From contig CAWFSF010000006.1 of assembly GCA_963818475.1 (NCBI GenBank), positions 1,408,001-1,472,000 on the forward strand: a stretch of 64,000 nucleotides of DNA. The letters are read 5' to 3'. A program made the translations under genes and the position numbers. The stretch's first letter is position 1. Each line of letters begins with the position of its first letter. This document shows positions 52,026-63,999 of this stretch, piece by piece. The notes beneath the pieces were generated by a model that did not search any database, was not told where the DNA came from, and saw nothing but the letters and a program-made list of their open reading frames with translations. This stretch comes from Nitrospirota bacterium (lineage in GTDB: Bacteria; Nitrospirota; UBA9217).

Positions 52026-55000
52026 ATGCAGCTCAAAGCCCTTGAAATGATCGGGTTTAAGTCCTTCTCAGACAAGACGACCGTAACGTTTCAGCCGGGC
52101 GTAACGGCCGTGGTCGGGCCCAACGGCTGCGGCAAGAGCAACATCTCCGACGCCATCCGCTGGGTGCTGGGCGAACAAAGCGCAAAGCATCTCCGCGGCG
52201 ACAAGATGGAAGATGTGATCTTCAACGGGAGCGAGAGCCGCAAACCCATGGGCATGGCCGAGGTCACGCTCAGGCTCTCGAACGTCGAAGGGCATCCTCT
52301 CCAACGAGTTCAACGGCTTCACGGAGCTCGAGATCACGCGCCGTCTGTACCGTTCCGGCGAGAGCGAATACCTGGTCAACAAGATCCCCTGCCGCCTCAA
52401 GGACATCCGCGACCTCATGATGGACGCCGGCGTGGGAGCCAAGACTCCATGCGATCATCGAACAGGACCGGGTGAAAAAGATCATCTATTCAAAACCCGA
52501 GGACCGGCGGTTCCTGTTCGAGGAAGTGGCCGGCGTCATGAAATACAAGGCCCGCCGCCAGGAAGCCTTCTCCAAACTGGAGTCGACCCAGCAGAACCAG
52601 CTCCGGGTGAACGACATCATCATTGAGGTGAAGCGCCAGGTCAACTCGCTCGACCGGCAGGCCAAAAAGGCCGAGCGCTACCAGAAGCTCCGGGCCGAGA
52701 TGAAGGACCTCGACTTGCGGCTTGCCTCCGTGGACTACTCGAACCTCGGCATCGACTGGACGGCATCGTCGGAAGAGTTCAAGAACGTCGAGGACGAGGT
52801 GACGAAACTGCATGCCGCGCTGAGCACGATCGAGGCCAGGCATCGAAGAGACGCGCGCCGATACCCTGGCAGCGGAGCACGAGCTCTCGTCGCTCCAGCA
52901 CAAGATCCACGAGACCGAGACCGCCCTCAGCCGTGCCGAGCATCGGGTGGAGCTGTCGAAGAGCCAGATCGCAGCGCTGAGCGCACAGCGCAGCCGCGAC
53001 TTCGCCGACCTTGAGTACCTGAAACAGGAAACAGCACGGACAGCAGAACAGCGAACGCAGCAGGAGGAGGAATCACGGGTCCTTTTCACGTCGATCGAGG
53101 AGCAGAACGTTGTTCTCGGCAGCAGGAACACGATCCTCGAATCGCTTACCCTGGCGCTGAAGGAGAAGGAAAACTCCCTCGATGAGGCCCGCACCGGCAT
53201 CTTCAATGCCATGACCGCGTCAGCAGCGGAAAAGAACCGCATCGGCAACCTTGAGTCGCGGATCCACCAGATCGACGAACAGGAAGAGCGGGGCAGCAGA
53301 GAGCAGGCGAGCTGACGCAAAAGCTCCAGGAGCTTACGACGCGCCTCGTGAAAAGGAACGGGAGCTTGAGGAGATCGCGGCGCGCCGGAGCGCGGCCCAG
53401 GACGAGCACGCGCGCGTCACGGCCCGGCTGGAAGAGTCGCTGGCAAAGAAGAAAAGCGCTCGAAACCGAGCTCGGCAATACGCGCAACACGCTTGCCGGC
53501 CAGAGCTCGCGCCTGCGTTCCCTGCTCGAACTGGAACAGCGCCTGGAGGGCTACCAGAAAGGCGTCCAGACCGTCATGTCGGCGCGCAAGGAAGCCGCCT
53601 CAAGCGACCGGCTCGGCACCATCCACGGGATCGTCGCGGACATGATCGAGACGGAGCCGCGGTACGAAATGGCCATCGAGGCGGTGCTGGGCGACCGGCT
53701 GCAGTCCGTGGTCGTCGATTCGCAGAACGATTCGCTCAAGGCCATCAACTATCTCAAAAGCGAGAGCGGCGGCAGAAGCACCTTCCTCCCCCGCATGCCG
53801 CGCGAGATCAGATCAGAACCGTTCATCAAGAACGGCCATGCCGGCGTCATCGGTTCGGCCCTCAGCGTCGTGCGCTATCAGGACGACAACCGCAACGTGG
53901 CCCAGTACCTGCTGGGCGACGTCGTGGTCGTGGACACCATGGACACGGCGCTCTACCTCTGGAACAAGAACGGTTTCAGCAAGACCGTCGTGACCCTGGC
54001 CGGGAGAGATCGTCGATCCCTGGGGCGCCGTCACCGGCGGCGCCGTCGATGCCGGCGGATCCGGCATGCTCACCAAGCGGCGCGAGATCAAGGACCTGGA
54101 GCAGGAGGTCACGGCGCTCAAGTCACAGATTGCAGCACTCGAGACCGAACTGACGGCCGTGGAAGCCTCGATCGGGGCGGATACAAGGACCTCGGCGGAG
54201 CTCTCGCAGCAGGTCCATCGCATGGAGATCGAGCTGGTGAACCGGGAGAAGGATTGCACCGCGATCCGGGAGGAGATGCGGGCGGTCCACCGCCCGGGCG
54301 GCCACCCTGGGAGCAGAAGCCTCGGAACGCGCCTCGCTTCGCGCCGAGCTGGCAACCGGCGATCGAACAGGCCGCGGCAACGCTCCGGGAGCTCGAAGCC
54401 GGCCATGCCAGCGCCCAGGCGAGCATCGAGTCGCTGCAGGCAGAGCTGTCGCTCAAGCGGGAAGAGCTGGAAGCGGCGCGCGTCGAGATCACCGAAATTA
54501 AGATGGAGGTCACGGCGCTTCAGGAAAAGCAGGCGGCCGCCACCCGCAGCATCGCTGCCCTGACACAGATGTCCCTGGAATTTGCCGACCGGTTTGCCAA
54601 ACGCGAGGCCGAGATCACCGACATTGCGGCCACACTGACCGATCTGGAAGCATCCATCGCAGGAGCCGAGGACGAGATCAAGGGCTTCATCGAAACGCTC
54701 GAAGCCGAACGCCGGGTCCTGCTGACCAGGCAGGAAGCCCATGCAGCAGTAACGTCCTCCCTCCATGCCGCCGAAGAGCAGGCGCGGCAGGTCCGGCATG
54801 ATATCGAGACGGCGCAGAAGCGGCTTTCGGCGAACGAGGTCAGGCGCACCGAGCTCCGCATGAAGATCGAGCATCTGAAGGACTCGATCTGGACCATCGT
54901 ACCACAGCGAACTTGAGGCGGTCGTCCAGGAGCTGGGCCAGTTCGAGATCAATGTCGACGAAGCGAGGCTCCAGGTCGACGAACTGCGCCAGAAGATCGA

Positions 55001-55613
55001 CCAGATGGGTCCGATCAATGTGGACGCTCTCCAGGAATTCAACGAGCTCAAGGAGCGCTACGACCTGCAGACGGCCCAGCAGAACGACATCAACGAGTCG
55101 ATCAACAACCTCAAGGCGACCATCGCCAAGCTCGACGTCGAGACCAAGGAGCTCTTTAGCGAGGCCTTCAACGCGATCCAGGAGAAGTTCAGCGAGGTCT
55201 TCACCCTGCTCTTCGAGGGCGGCAAAGCAGAGCTGGTGCTGCTCGACCGAGCGAACGTCCTCGAGTCCGGCATCGAGATCATCGCCCAGCCCCGCGGCAA
55301 GAAGTTCCAGAGCATCACGCTGCTGTCGGGCGGCGAAAAGGCGCTCACGGCCATTGCCCTGCTCTTCGCGGCGTTCCTGGTGAAACCCAGCCCCTTCTGC
55401 CTGCTCGACGAGGCCGACGCTCCGCTGGACGAGGCCAATGTCATGCGTTTCACCCGTCTTATCCGCGAGATGAGCGGCCACTCCCAGTTCATCACGATCA
55501 CGCACAAAACGGGCACCATGGAGATGGCCGATGCGCTGTACGGGATCACGATGGACGAACCGGGCTGTTCCCGCGTGGTTTCCGTCAGGCTCCGCGAACC
55601 ATCCCTGGTATGA
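52026..55613 (+). CDS. smc: Chromosome segregation protein SMC (many frameshifts)
   Basis: [15 protein letters not shown], coiled coils, hinge [31 protein letters not shown]. Confidence 0.93.
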
Positions 55614-55770
55614 CCGTTCATGCTCTCGCTACGGTCACCGGGTCCTGAGGGTGTGGCGCTGGGTTTTGTCTTGGAATCGAAAGAGAAAATACAGCGGTAT
55701 GCTGGCGACTTCTAAACAGGATAATTTTCAGTTCATCGTGCTTCCGAACATCGAGTTCTGACTTTCACGG

Positions 55771-56919
55771 TCAATCAGCAGTACGGGCCCTCAGGATCTG
55801 ACCGCGCGTTAAACCGTCCACCGAGACCGTGCTCACCATGTACACCCCTGCAGGCGCACCGGGCATTGCTTCATTGCTGCCGGGAAGCCGGGTTTGAATA
55901 TCTGCGGCGGAAGAGCAGGACAGCGCCCGGACCTCTTCGCCCTCTTTGACCACGGTGATCTCGTCGGGCACATTCTTCTCATGACCCGGCAGGGTTTCTT
56001 CCCAATGCGCAAGCGCTTCCTGCAGCTGCCCATCAAGCGTTGTCCTGATCTTATCTCCGGCGCGGTACAACTTCTGTTCACCGACTACATCAAGCAGGAT
56101 CTGCTCCAGGACAGCCTGATAACAGGGCCTGCCTCCTGACGGCGCAGCTTTATCAGCCGTGCCTGAATTTTCCCTGAGCTTCAGCGTCGCTTCCATGGCG
56201 GCGGTAAACTCATCTGGAGTGATCAGCTTCGCCTGAAGCATGTTGGACAGGACCCGCTCCTGGCGAGCCCGTGCCCTGTGCTGCCGTTTGTAGGGATTAT
56301 AGTACTTCGGGTTCGGCAGCATTCCAGCAAGCAGCGCGGCCTCATCAACCGACAGCTCCGACGCGTGTTTATCAAAGTAAGAGCGGCTTGCAGCCTCGAC
56401 ACCGTAGATGCCGTCACCCCACTCGACCTCGTTGAGGTAGATCTCGAGGATCCGCCTTTTGCTGATTACTTCCTCCGCCCTGCGCGCGAGGACATACTCC
56501 CGGAGCTTGCGGGTGATGGTCTTCTCTTTGGAGAGGAGGACGTTCTTGATCATCTGCTGCGTGATGGTGCTGCCACCGCGCGCAAACCGCTTTTTCTGTG
56601 CATCATGGACAAGAGCATCCCAGGTGGCTTTATAATTGACCCCTTTATGTTCAAAAAAAGTATCATCCTCTGCGGTCACGACCGCCTGGATAAGGATGTC
56701 AGGGAGGCTGGAAAGCGGAACCCATAACCTGAACTTGCGGTCATAGTACTGGGTCAGGACGCGGCCCTCCCGGTCGAGCACTTCGGAGGCCGCCGCAGGA
56801 CGATAGTGTTTGAGGACCGACACATCAGGCAGGTCGGACAGGGCCAGAACAACCCAGAGAACGGCAGCGATCACAACCACGGTAACGAGGCCAAGCCCGG
56901 CAAAAAAAAACTTCTTCAT
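55771..56919 (-). CDS. Monofunctional peptidoglycan glycosyltransferase (GT51), no transpeptidase domain
   Basis: EDDTFFEHKG, GGSTITQQ, RKLRE, KRRILEIYLN. Confidence 0.88.
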   Translation of the reverse strand: MKKFFFAGLGLVTVVVIAAVLWVVLALSDLPDVSVLKHYRPAAASEVLDREGRVLTQYYDRKFRLWVPLSSLPDILIQAVVTAEDDTFFEHKGVNYKATWDALVHDAQKKRFARGGSTITQQMIKNVLLSKEKTITRKLREYVLARRAEEVISKRRILEIYLNEVEWGDGIYGVEAASRSYFDKHASELSVDEAALLAGMLPNPKYYNPYKRQHRARARQERVLSNMLQAKLITPDEFTAAMEATLKLRENSGTADKAAPSGGRPCYQAVLEQILLDVVGEQKLYRAGDKIRTTLDGQLQEALAHWEETLPGHEKNVPDEITVVKEGEEVRALSCSSAADIQTRLPGSNEAMPGAPAGVYMVSTVSVDGLTRGQILRARTAD

Positions 56920-57022
56920 GATACGGTTATTTCTCCTCATCCCGGGGTCAGGTGGACGGTTCTCCTCCTGCTGCGCAACGGCAGGACTGCATTTGACATA
57001 CACGGCGCCGGACGTCAGGCCT

Positions 57023-57533
57023 CTACAGCAAGGACCGAACGGCTTCCACATTAGCGGGCACAGACCAGTCCATGGGCCCGATGATCTTGTGCCGGACCAT
57101 GCCGTCACGTCCGACAATATAAGTCTCGGGGAATTTCAATGTGCCGTAGCTGCCGGCTGTCTTGCGGCTTGTATCATGCAGCACCGGAAAATGGACCTTG
57201 TTCTTATCCAGGAACGCCCTCAGCACATCAGCGCTATCATCAACACTTATGGCGAGGACCTCGATATCAGCACCGAAAACCTGTTGATAGAAGCGTTCGA
57301 GGGTCGGTATCTCTTCCACACAGGGCGGGCACCAGGTGGCCCAGAAGTGCACCAGGACCACCTTGCCGCGGTAATCGGCAAGGCTTACCGTCTTGCCGTC
57401 AACCGACTGCAAGCCGGACCTCAGGCGCACGGTCCCCTACGCCAATGATCTTGTGCTCTGCATTCCTGGTGCAGGAAAATACGAACATACCCATGCCGAG
57501 AGCGACCAGGACAAGAACCATGGGGACCGACAT
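57023..57533 (-). CDS. TlpA/ResA-like thiol-disulfide oxidoreductase lipoprotein (frameshift near 57420)
   Basis: Lipobox FSC; FWATWCPPCVEE; FPETY. Confidence 0.88.
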
Positions 57534-57831
57534 TTTATTTTTTATGTTGCCAACAACGTGCCTGTTCAATAGAACCTCCCTGAGTAACACGCAGTTTCAG
57601 ATGAAATAGGGGTAAATTATACCCCTCCCGCCTCTCAGCATCAAGCGAAAATTGGCTTGCTGACTCCTGGAAACCTGAAAGTCACAGCCGCTCGGGATAG
57701 TGGTCGCCGACAGCTAACCTGAGAGAACGGCTCAAATTCAGATTTTAAAAAATCTCTTGCGTCAAACGATAAATTGCTATAGTATTTTAAAGCGGTTAAG
57801 ATAATTCTTCGGGCTCAGGGAGGAAAGTGCC

Positions 57832-58266
57832 ATGCAGGAAGTGGTAAATGTTTCGAGTGTTGAGAACCTTGACCAGCTCACGTCCTATATCGATGCGCAT
57901 TTCGCCAAAAACAAATATGCTGAGATCACCCAGGCCATCGGCATATACTCGCTGCTTATAGACTCCGAACACACGATCAGCGACCAGCGCAGGTTCTACC
58001 GCCAGGTGCTGAACCTTTTGAAGGACCGGATCAAGACAAGGCTCGGCAAAAGTTACGCTGCCTGGTATGCGGCCTTCCCCACGCTCGCGAACGAAGCTTC
58101 GAAGCTTGCAGGCACGGACAAGACCGCGGCAGATGTGATCGATTCCCGCCTGCATGGCTACGGACTCTTCAAGTCAGTGGATGATTTTTTCTTCTGGGCG
58201 CTCGATGACCGGCGGCTGACCCTGGACCGAATCGTGAACATGATCGAAAAGACCGTTCAGGCTTAA
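57832..58266 (+). CDS. Hypothetical protein (144 aa)
   Basis: RBS GGAGG, coding-like composition, followed by terminator. Confidence 0.7.
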   Translation: MQEVVNVSSVENLDQLTSYIDAHFAKNKYAEITQAIGIYSLLIDSEHTISDQRRFYRQVLNLLKDRIKTRLGKSYAAWYAAFPTLANEASKLAGTDKTAADVIDSRLHGYGLFKSVDDFFFWALDDRRLTLDRIVNMIEKTVQA

Positions 58267-58271
58267 TAAAT

Positions 58272-58304
58272 AAAAGCTGCAATGGTCGAACCATTGCAGC
58301 TTTT
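58272..58304. terminator. Bidirectional terminator
   Basis: AAAAGCTGCAATGG-TCGAA-CCATTGCAGCTTTT. Confidence 0.8.
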
Positions 58305-58328
58305 GCCCGGACCGGGCCGCCTCTCCCG

Positions 58329-59358
58329 TTAAAGCGGGACCTTCCTCATAACGTCATCTACCGAGATCATCCCCATACACCGGATGTCGTCATTACATTT
58401 CCTTTTAAAGCACGGCGAGCACTCGAGTTCTGCACGAACAACGATGTGGGACGGCCCGTAGGGCCCGGTCCTCCAGGGAGCGGTCGGCCCGAACAGGGCC
58501 AGGACCTTCGCATTGGCAGCCGCAGCCAGATGCATGGGACCGGTGTCTGTTGTCACGAACAGGTCCGCCAGTGATGCCAGTGCCGCAAGTTCTTTGAGCG
58601 TCGTTTCCCCTGCCCAATTCACGGCATGCTGGTTCATCATGTTCAGGATCCGGGTCACGGTGGCATGGTCCGCCCTGCTCCCGGTAAAAATGATCGTCGC
58701 CTGTTTTTCAGCAATAAGACGGTCCGCAAGCACTGCGAAGTTCTGCTCGGGCCAGAGCTTGGTCTCCCAGCGGGCCACCGGGTTCATAATGATCAGCGGT
58801 TTGCGCTTAAGGCCGGCATCGGACAAGCCGCTGGTCGATCACCGACCGTTCCTTCCGATCGGAAGCGTGCAGGAAGAAGAAACTTCTCGCGCTCCCAGAT
58901 AGCGGGCAACATCAAGGTACCGTTCCAGCGCGTGTTTGTTCTTGTCGTAGGCAGGCAGGCGTTCGTTCAGAAACCAGGATGAAAGTTCACGAGAGCCGCC
59001 GAAACCTATCTTCCGGTCGGCATCGCGCCAATCCGACCAGGATCCCGCTCTTAAAGAGCCCCTGAAGATCAATGGCAATATCGTACCTGGTCGCGCGCAG
59101 TGCCCGGAGAAAAGCAGCGATCTTCAAGAACCCCTCTCGAAAGGTGCGCGGGTGTCCGAGCATCCGGATCCATGATTTCCTGCCTGAGACAAGCACGGTA
59201 TCGATCTGCGGATGACCTTCGAGGATGCCGGCAGCAGCCTCTTCAACGACCCAGGTGACGCTGCTCGCCGGAAAGGTGCTTTTGATGGCTTCAAGCGCGG
59301 GCAAGGCCTGGACCACATCGCCGATTGCCGAAAGTTTTATGATCAGGATCTTCTTCAT
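58329..59358 (-). CDS. LPS heptosyltransferase, GT9 (WaaC/WaaF-like; two frameshifts)
   Basis: KLSAIGDVV, IDLQGLFKS, TKLWP, TTDTGPMHLAAA, LFGPT. Confidence 0.88.
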
Positions 59359-59425
59359 AGGGGCATGACCGTGGCCATCATAATCCATCACACCGGTTCA
59401 GTCAACTTGTTCTTTTTTCCGCAAT

Positions 59426-59968
59426 ATGGTACAAATCTCCATGCAGAAATCTCTGATGCTGCTGCTCGTCGTGCTCATGACTGCCTGCAGTTTTGCCAGA
59501 AATGCAGTATGGCAGAACGATGGGACGCTCTGGCTTGATGTCGCCATAAATGCCCCGAATAAACCACGGGGTTATAATGAGATCGGCCTTTTCTACATCG
59601 GCCGGCACGAATACCAAAAGGCCTTCGAACCGCTGCAGCGGTCACTGCAACTCGACCCCTACCAGCCTACCATATACCTCAACCTTGGTTTAGCCTATGA
59701 AGGAGTGGGGCTTCCAGACAAGGCGATGGATATCTACCAGCAGGCCATCTCCATGGACCCGAACGACCCCACGGCCTATTATAATCTCGGGCTTCTCTAT
59801 TACAATACCAGGAACGACCGGGCGCGAGCGCTGGAGTTGATGCTCCAGGCGCGGGACCGGAACCCTTTCGAACCGGACGTACACAACATCTTAGCACGGA
59901 TCTATCAGGATATGGGCCGCATGGATCTGGCGCGGGATGAGCTCAGACAATATGAACAACTGAAGTGA
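59426..59968 (+). CDS. TPR protein resembling the C-terminal part of TMTC-type proteins
   Basis: RNAVWQND.TLW followed by TPR repeats. Confidence 0.75.
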   Translation: MVQISMQKSLMLLLVVLMTACSFARNAVWQNDGTLWLDVAINAPNKPRGYNEIGLFYIGRHEYQKAFEPLQRSLQLDPYQPTIYLNLGLAYEGVGLPDKAMDIYQQAISMDPNDPTAYYNLGLLYYNTRNDRARALELMLQARDRNPFEPDVHNILARIYQDMGRMDLARDELRQYEQLK

Positions 59969-59977
59969 TGGCGTTGG

Positions 59978-61171
59978 TCATGGTTCAGGAGTGGCGCGGA
60001 TCGTGTTCAGGATCACCTTCTGACGGTAGGTAAGCAACTGCAGCGTGCCTTCTTCCTTTTTAGTTCGCTTCGCTATGGCGGACAATTTTACGATTTCGCG
60101 TGAAAGGCTGACCGGACGGGCGACCATGCTTGCGCCGACCTTTTCGCGAAAAGACCAGATCGGCTGAAATGCAGACCGAACGATGGTCGTCTTTCCCTGC
60201 TCCTTTTCCGCATAGATCATAAGGATAACCCCATCTCCCCGCAGCGCCCTGGCATTCGTTTTATTCTTTAAAGACACCCCGTAGTTCTGGCTTGAGATAA
60301 AGTTTCCCAGACTGTAGGCAATGACCGTTCGCCTTCCGTCCTTTGCCGTATAGGATTCTATGGGCTGCAGCACATGCGGATGATGCCCAAGAATGATGTC
60401 AGCGCCAGCCTCAACCAGTTCAATAGCCGCCTGCTTTTGCCATGCGGTAGGCACGCTTTTGTATTCATCCCCCCAGTGGAGCGACACCACAACGAGGTCG
60501 GCATGTGTCCGCGCCTCTTTTACCTGAATGATCGCAGCAGCCAGGTCTTCCCGCGAGCCGGACCGGAGGATATTCACCGCAGGCGAGCCCTTCCGCTTTT
60601 TCGGCAAACCGCGATTCGTGCCGTAGGTGTATGCAAGAAAGGCGGTCATCACACCCTGCGAGCTCAGATAGACGGGTGCAAGCGACTCAACCCTGGCCTT
60701 GCCGGCGCCAACGACCGCGAGCCCTGCTGCCCCGATGTTCTGAAGAGTGCGCAGAAGACCATCCGCGCCGGCGTCCCGTGCGTGATTATTGGCAAGTGAA
60801 ACGATGTCGACCCCGGCTTTTTTTAGAGCGGACAGAAGCTCCGGCCGTGCATTGAAGGCCGGGTATCCGGCAACAGCCGCGGTGTGATCGACCGGCGTCT
60901 CCAGGTTTGCAAAGGTGATATCGGCGGCGCCAAGGTCCGGCGCGATCTTCTCGAACAGAAGAGCGTAGTTGTAATTGTCCTTAGCCACGGCCTTTTGAAG
61001 TGAACCGGGCATCATGACATCTCCCAAGGCTGCGATCACTATGCTCGTCTTCCCGTTGGGCCCCGCTCCAGAGGTTGTACCGACAGTACGCACCTCACCA
61101 ATCGATACCATCGGGGCAAGTATCAGAAAAAGAACTATTGCTGAGAATTTGAGTCGCAACATGAGCGCCAT
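59978..61171 (-). CDS. CapA (PGA_cap) family metallophosphoesterase
   Basis: GDVM, NLET, SLANNH..D, SLHWG.EY, GHHPHV, YSLGNF. Confidence 0.9.
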   Translation of the reverse strand: MALMLRLKFSAIVLFLILAPMVSIGEVRTVGTTSGAGPNGKTSIVIAALGDVMMPGSLQKAVAKDNYNYALLFEKIAPDLGAADITFANLETPVDHTAAVAGYPAFNARPELLSALKKAGVDIVSLANNHARDAGADGLLRTLQNIGAAGLAVVGAGKARVESLAPVYLSSQGVMTAFLAYTYGTNRGLPKKRKGSPAVNILRSGSREDLAAAIIQVKEARTHADLVVVSLHWGDEYKSVPTAWQKQAAIELVEAGADIILGHHPHVLQPIESYTAKDGRRTVIAYSLGNFISSQNYGVSLKNKTNARALRGDGVILMIYAEKEQGKTTIVRSAFQPIWSFREKVGASMVARPVSLSREIVKLSAIAKRTKKEEGTLQLLTYRQKVILNTIRATPEP

Positions 61172-61184
61172 TCTAACCATTAGC

Positions 61185-62581
61185 TGACAAGTTTCAGGAC
61201 ATCGGTTACCCGGATATGTCAAGACATCGGTTACCCGAAATCCATTTAAATTAGGATGTCAGTTTCCTTAATGCTGTTTGATGCTATCATGCTCTCCTAA
61301 TCTGAATCAAGAAGGAGAGCCTCTATGGAAGAAGAACTCAGACAGGCAGCTATTAGCCGACACATCCAGGGAGGCGAATCGCCAAAGGATGTTTATACCA
61401 GCCTGAACCGATCCAAAAAGTGGTTCTTCAAATGGCTGATACGATATCGAACCGGCGGACCCGACTGGTACAAAGAGCAATCTCGCGCTCCCAAAACAAA
61501 GCCCTCAGAAATCGACGAGAAGTCGAAAGAGCGTATTCTTTCGACCAGACAAAACTTGGTGGATGCCCCTTATGCCCAAATTGGAGTTTCCTCCATAAAA
61601 TGGGAGCTTAAGAAGCAAGGGTTGCCGTTTCCCTCGGACAGCACGATAAACCGGGTGTTGAAACGCGAAGGGCTCGTTAAAAAAAACAGCTTATGCGCCC
61701 AAAGGGGTCGAATACCCGTACTTCACCGAAGCCTTGGGATGCAACAACATCCACCAGATGGACCTGGTGGGGCCGCGCTACATTAAAGATGACGGCAGAT
61801 TCTATGCGCTGAATGTCATTGATCTGTTCAGCCATGAAGTCTACACCGAGGCTCAAAGAACGAAACAGGATTCCCACGTCTGCCAAGGCCTTTTGCGCTG
61901 TTGGAAGACCGTGGGCATCCCTGATTACCTGCAGATGGACAACGCGCTGAACTTCCGGGGCAGCAACCGGCATCCCAGGTCCATGGGGATGGTCATACGG
62001 CTTTGTCTGAGTTACGGTGTCCATCCGGTATTCATCCCGATCGGAGAACCATGGCGTAACGGCGTTGTGGAACGTTTCAATGACACCTACGACAAACGGT
62101 TCTTTCGTCGGCAATGGTTCTCAAGCTATGCTGTGCTGAAACAGCAGAACAAGAATTTTCAACGGTTTCACAACAAGCATCACCGATACAGCTGCCTCAA
62201 AGGGAAAACGGCTCATGAAATGAAACTGGCCCACGGCTTTGCGCCAATAACCGTGAGGTCGAATAGCAAGATGCCGGATCTTAGCTTCATCCCGGATGGA
62301 AATGTATCTCTCGTACGGTTCATCCGGAGCAATCGGCAGCTTGATATCTTTGGAGAACGTTTCGAGGTATCAAGAGACCTCATATACTCTTATGTCAGGG
62401 CACAGATTGTAACGAATCTACATGCTGTGCAGCTCTATCTAGGAAATGACATCGTCGATACTTTTGAGTACCTAATGCCGGACGATTTACTACCAGTTGA
62501 GCAAACTATCAGACTCGGGTAACCGATGTCTTGATATATGGGACCATTAGAATCGGGTAACCGATGTCCTGACATTTGACA
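61185..62581 (+). mobile_element. IS481-like insertion sequence, 1397 bp, 6-bp target-site duplication ATTAGC
   Basis: IRL TGACAAGTTTCAGGACATCGGTTACCCG; IRR reverse complement TGTCAAATGTCAGGACATCGGTTACCCG; ATTAGC at 61179-61184 and 62582-62587. Confidence 0.9.
61325..62522 (+). CDS. DDE transposase (HTH plus rve core) split by a +1 shift at an A8 run (61679-61686)
   Basis: KWFFKW..RY, STINRVLKREGL; HQMD, QMDN, NGVVERFN. Confidence 0.88.
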
Positions 62582-62605
62582 ATTAGCGTAACACGATTCA
62601 AGATA

Positions 62606-62642
62606 AATAAAAAAAAGGGCGGCCATGAACGGCCACCCTTTA
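62606..62642 (-). terminator. Terminator after the FadL-like gene
   Basis: A-tract AAAGGGCGGCC...GGCCACCCTTT. Confidence 0.65.
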
Positions 62643-62673
62643 TAGATACTTTTCCTTTTCGTGCAAACCGGAG

Positions 62674-63999
62674 TTAGAACCGGTAGCTGTACATGACCTG
62701 CGCATTGGTTTGATTGTGGGTTGAAGTCACGCCTGACGCTGCAGTCTGCCTCACTTCTGGAGCATAGGTGAACGACGCATCCACCGTCGAGACCTCGCTG
62801 ATCATATAGCCCGCGCCCACCGTCACATGGGTTTTCTCGATGGCCGGGAACAGATAGTTCAGATAGGTATCGGGAATTGGGTTGTTCGCATAGTTCAACC
62901 CGGCCCGCACTGTCCATTCTGAGTTCACCTTATAGCCAATTCCGATCTCGTACACAGTCTGGTCATCCCAATTCTGCGGTAGTGCAAAGTCGACAGTCGA
63001 ACCAGCACCAGCATAGGTCATTTTAAAATCTTTCATGACGTCTTTCCAATTGATCTGTTTTATATCAAAGACAACCAGAACGTCTTTGTTGGTATTCCAC
63101 GCAACACCAACTGCGTAAGTCGCAGGCCACTGAAAATCACGTACTGTAATTTTACCGGGAATCGGACTGCCAGCGCCTTGTGCGCTTATTGTCGCTCCGG
63201 TATCGGAAGTTTCCAGATCGTTCAAACTCGTCTTTGAATGATAGGTAGCGCCCACGCTAAAATCTGAGTTGACCTTATAGGCTGCACCAATTTTCCCAGC
63301 AAAACCTTCGCCTTTTGCTGCACCGGTAAAATTGCCACCGCCTGTAAAATCGATGCGAGCCCAGTTGTTTGCAGGAAGGCCACCAAGTAGCCCCATCAAA
63401 GGACCACTAGAACCAGTCACGAGGCCACCCAACTGTGCGACAGTAGCTGCCATCTGCAGATCGAGGGAAGCCCACACATAATCGACACTGGCGCCGAGAC
63501 TGAAATCAGGAGTCACATTATAGGCAAAAGGGATAATGAGCCGCCCCACACCGAGTTCCGAACGGACTTTATCGCCCGAGTTCATGGCCAGGAATGAATT
63601 CGCATCATACTCCGTGCCCATACCGCCTTGCGAGAAGACACCGATACCGTACGCATAGGGTCCCGATCTTTGAATCCATCCAAGTGCCGGCATAAAAAAA
63701 GCGTTAGCAGATGATTTTGCATCAGGCGCACCCGGTGCTGAAGCGGTTACATGAGGCCCCAGGTAACCAAGCGCAACATCCAGGCGGTTTCCCTCGGGCA
63801 TAAGACCGAGCGTTGCAGGGTTGTTCATCACAGCCGCTGCACCGTTGTCATAAGCCATGGACGCGCCGCCCATGCCGGTCGCGATCGGACCGTAGCCTTC
63901 GAGATTCATGCCATTCGTTGCATAGGCCGACGGCATCAAAACCACAGACATGACGACAAATACCAGAACAGATCCAAACTTCAGCAACCGCTTGTCCAT
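62674..63999 (-). CDS. FadL/OmpP1/TodX family outer-membrane transporter
   Basis: Signal peptide, TNGMNLEGYG...GMGGA, NNPA, beta-barrel pattern, C-terminal YRF. Confidence 0.9.
   Translation of the reverse strand: MDKRLLKFGSVLVFVVMSVVLMPSAYATNGMNLEGYGPIATGMGGASMAYDNGAAAVMNNPATLGLMPEGNRLDVALGYLGPHVTASAPGAPDAKSSANAFFMPALGWIQRSGPYAYGIGVFSQGGMGTEYDANSFLAMNSGDKVRSELGVGRLIIPFAYNVTPDFSLGASVDYVWASLDLQMAATVAQLGGLVTGSSGPLMGLLGGLPANNWARIDFTGGGNFTGAAKGEGFAGKIGAAYKVNSDFSVGATYHSKTSLNDLETSDTGATISAQGAGSPIPGKITVRDFQWPATYAVGVAWNTNKDVLVVFDIKQINWKDVMKDFKMTYAGAGSTVDFALPQNWDDQTVYEIGIGYKVNSEWTVRAGLNYANNPIPDTYLNYLFPAIEKTHVTVGAGYMISEVSTVDASFTYAPEVRQTAASGVTSTHNQTNAQVMYSYRF

Noticed and set aside
57608-57626. AGGGGTA-AATTA-TACCCCT palindrome upstream of tlpA as a CsoR site
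   Set aside because: Arms are in the opposite order to the TACCC...GGGTA CsoR-type box, and there is no second copy.
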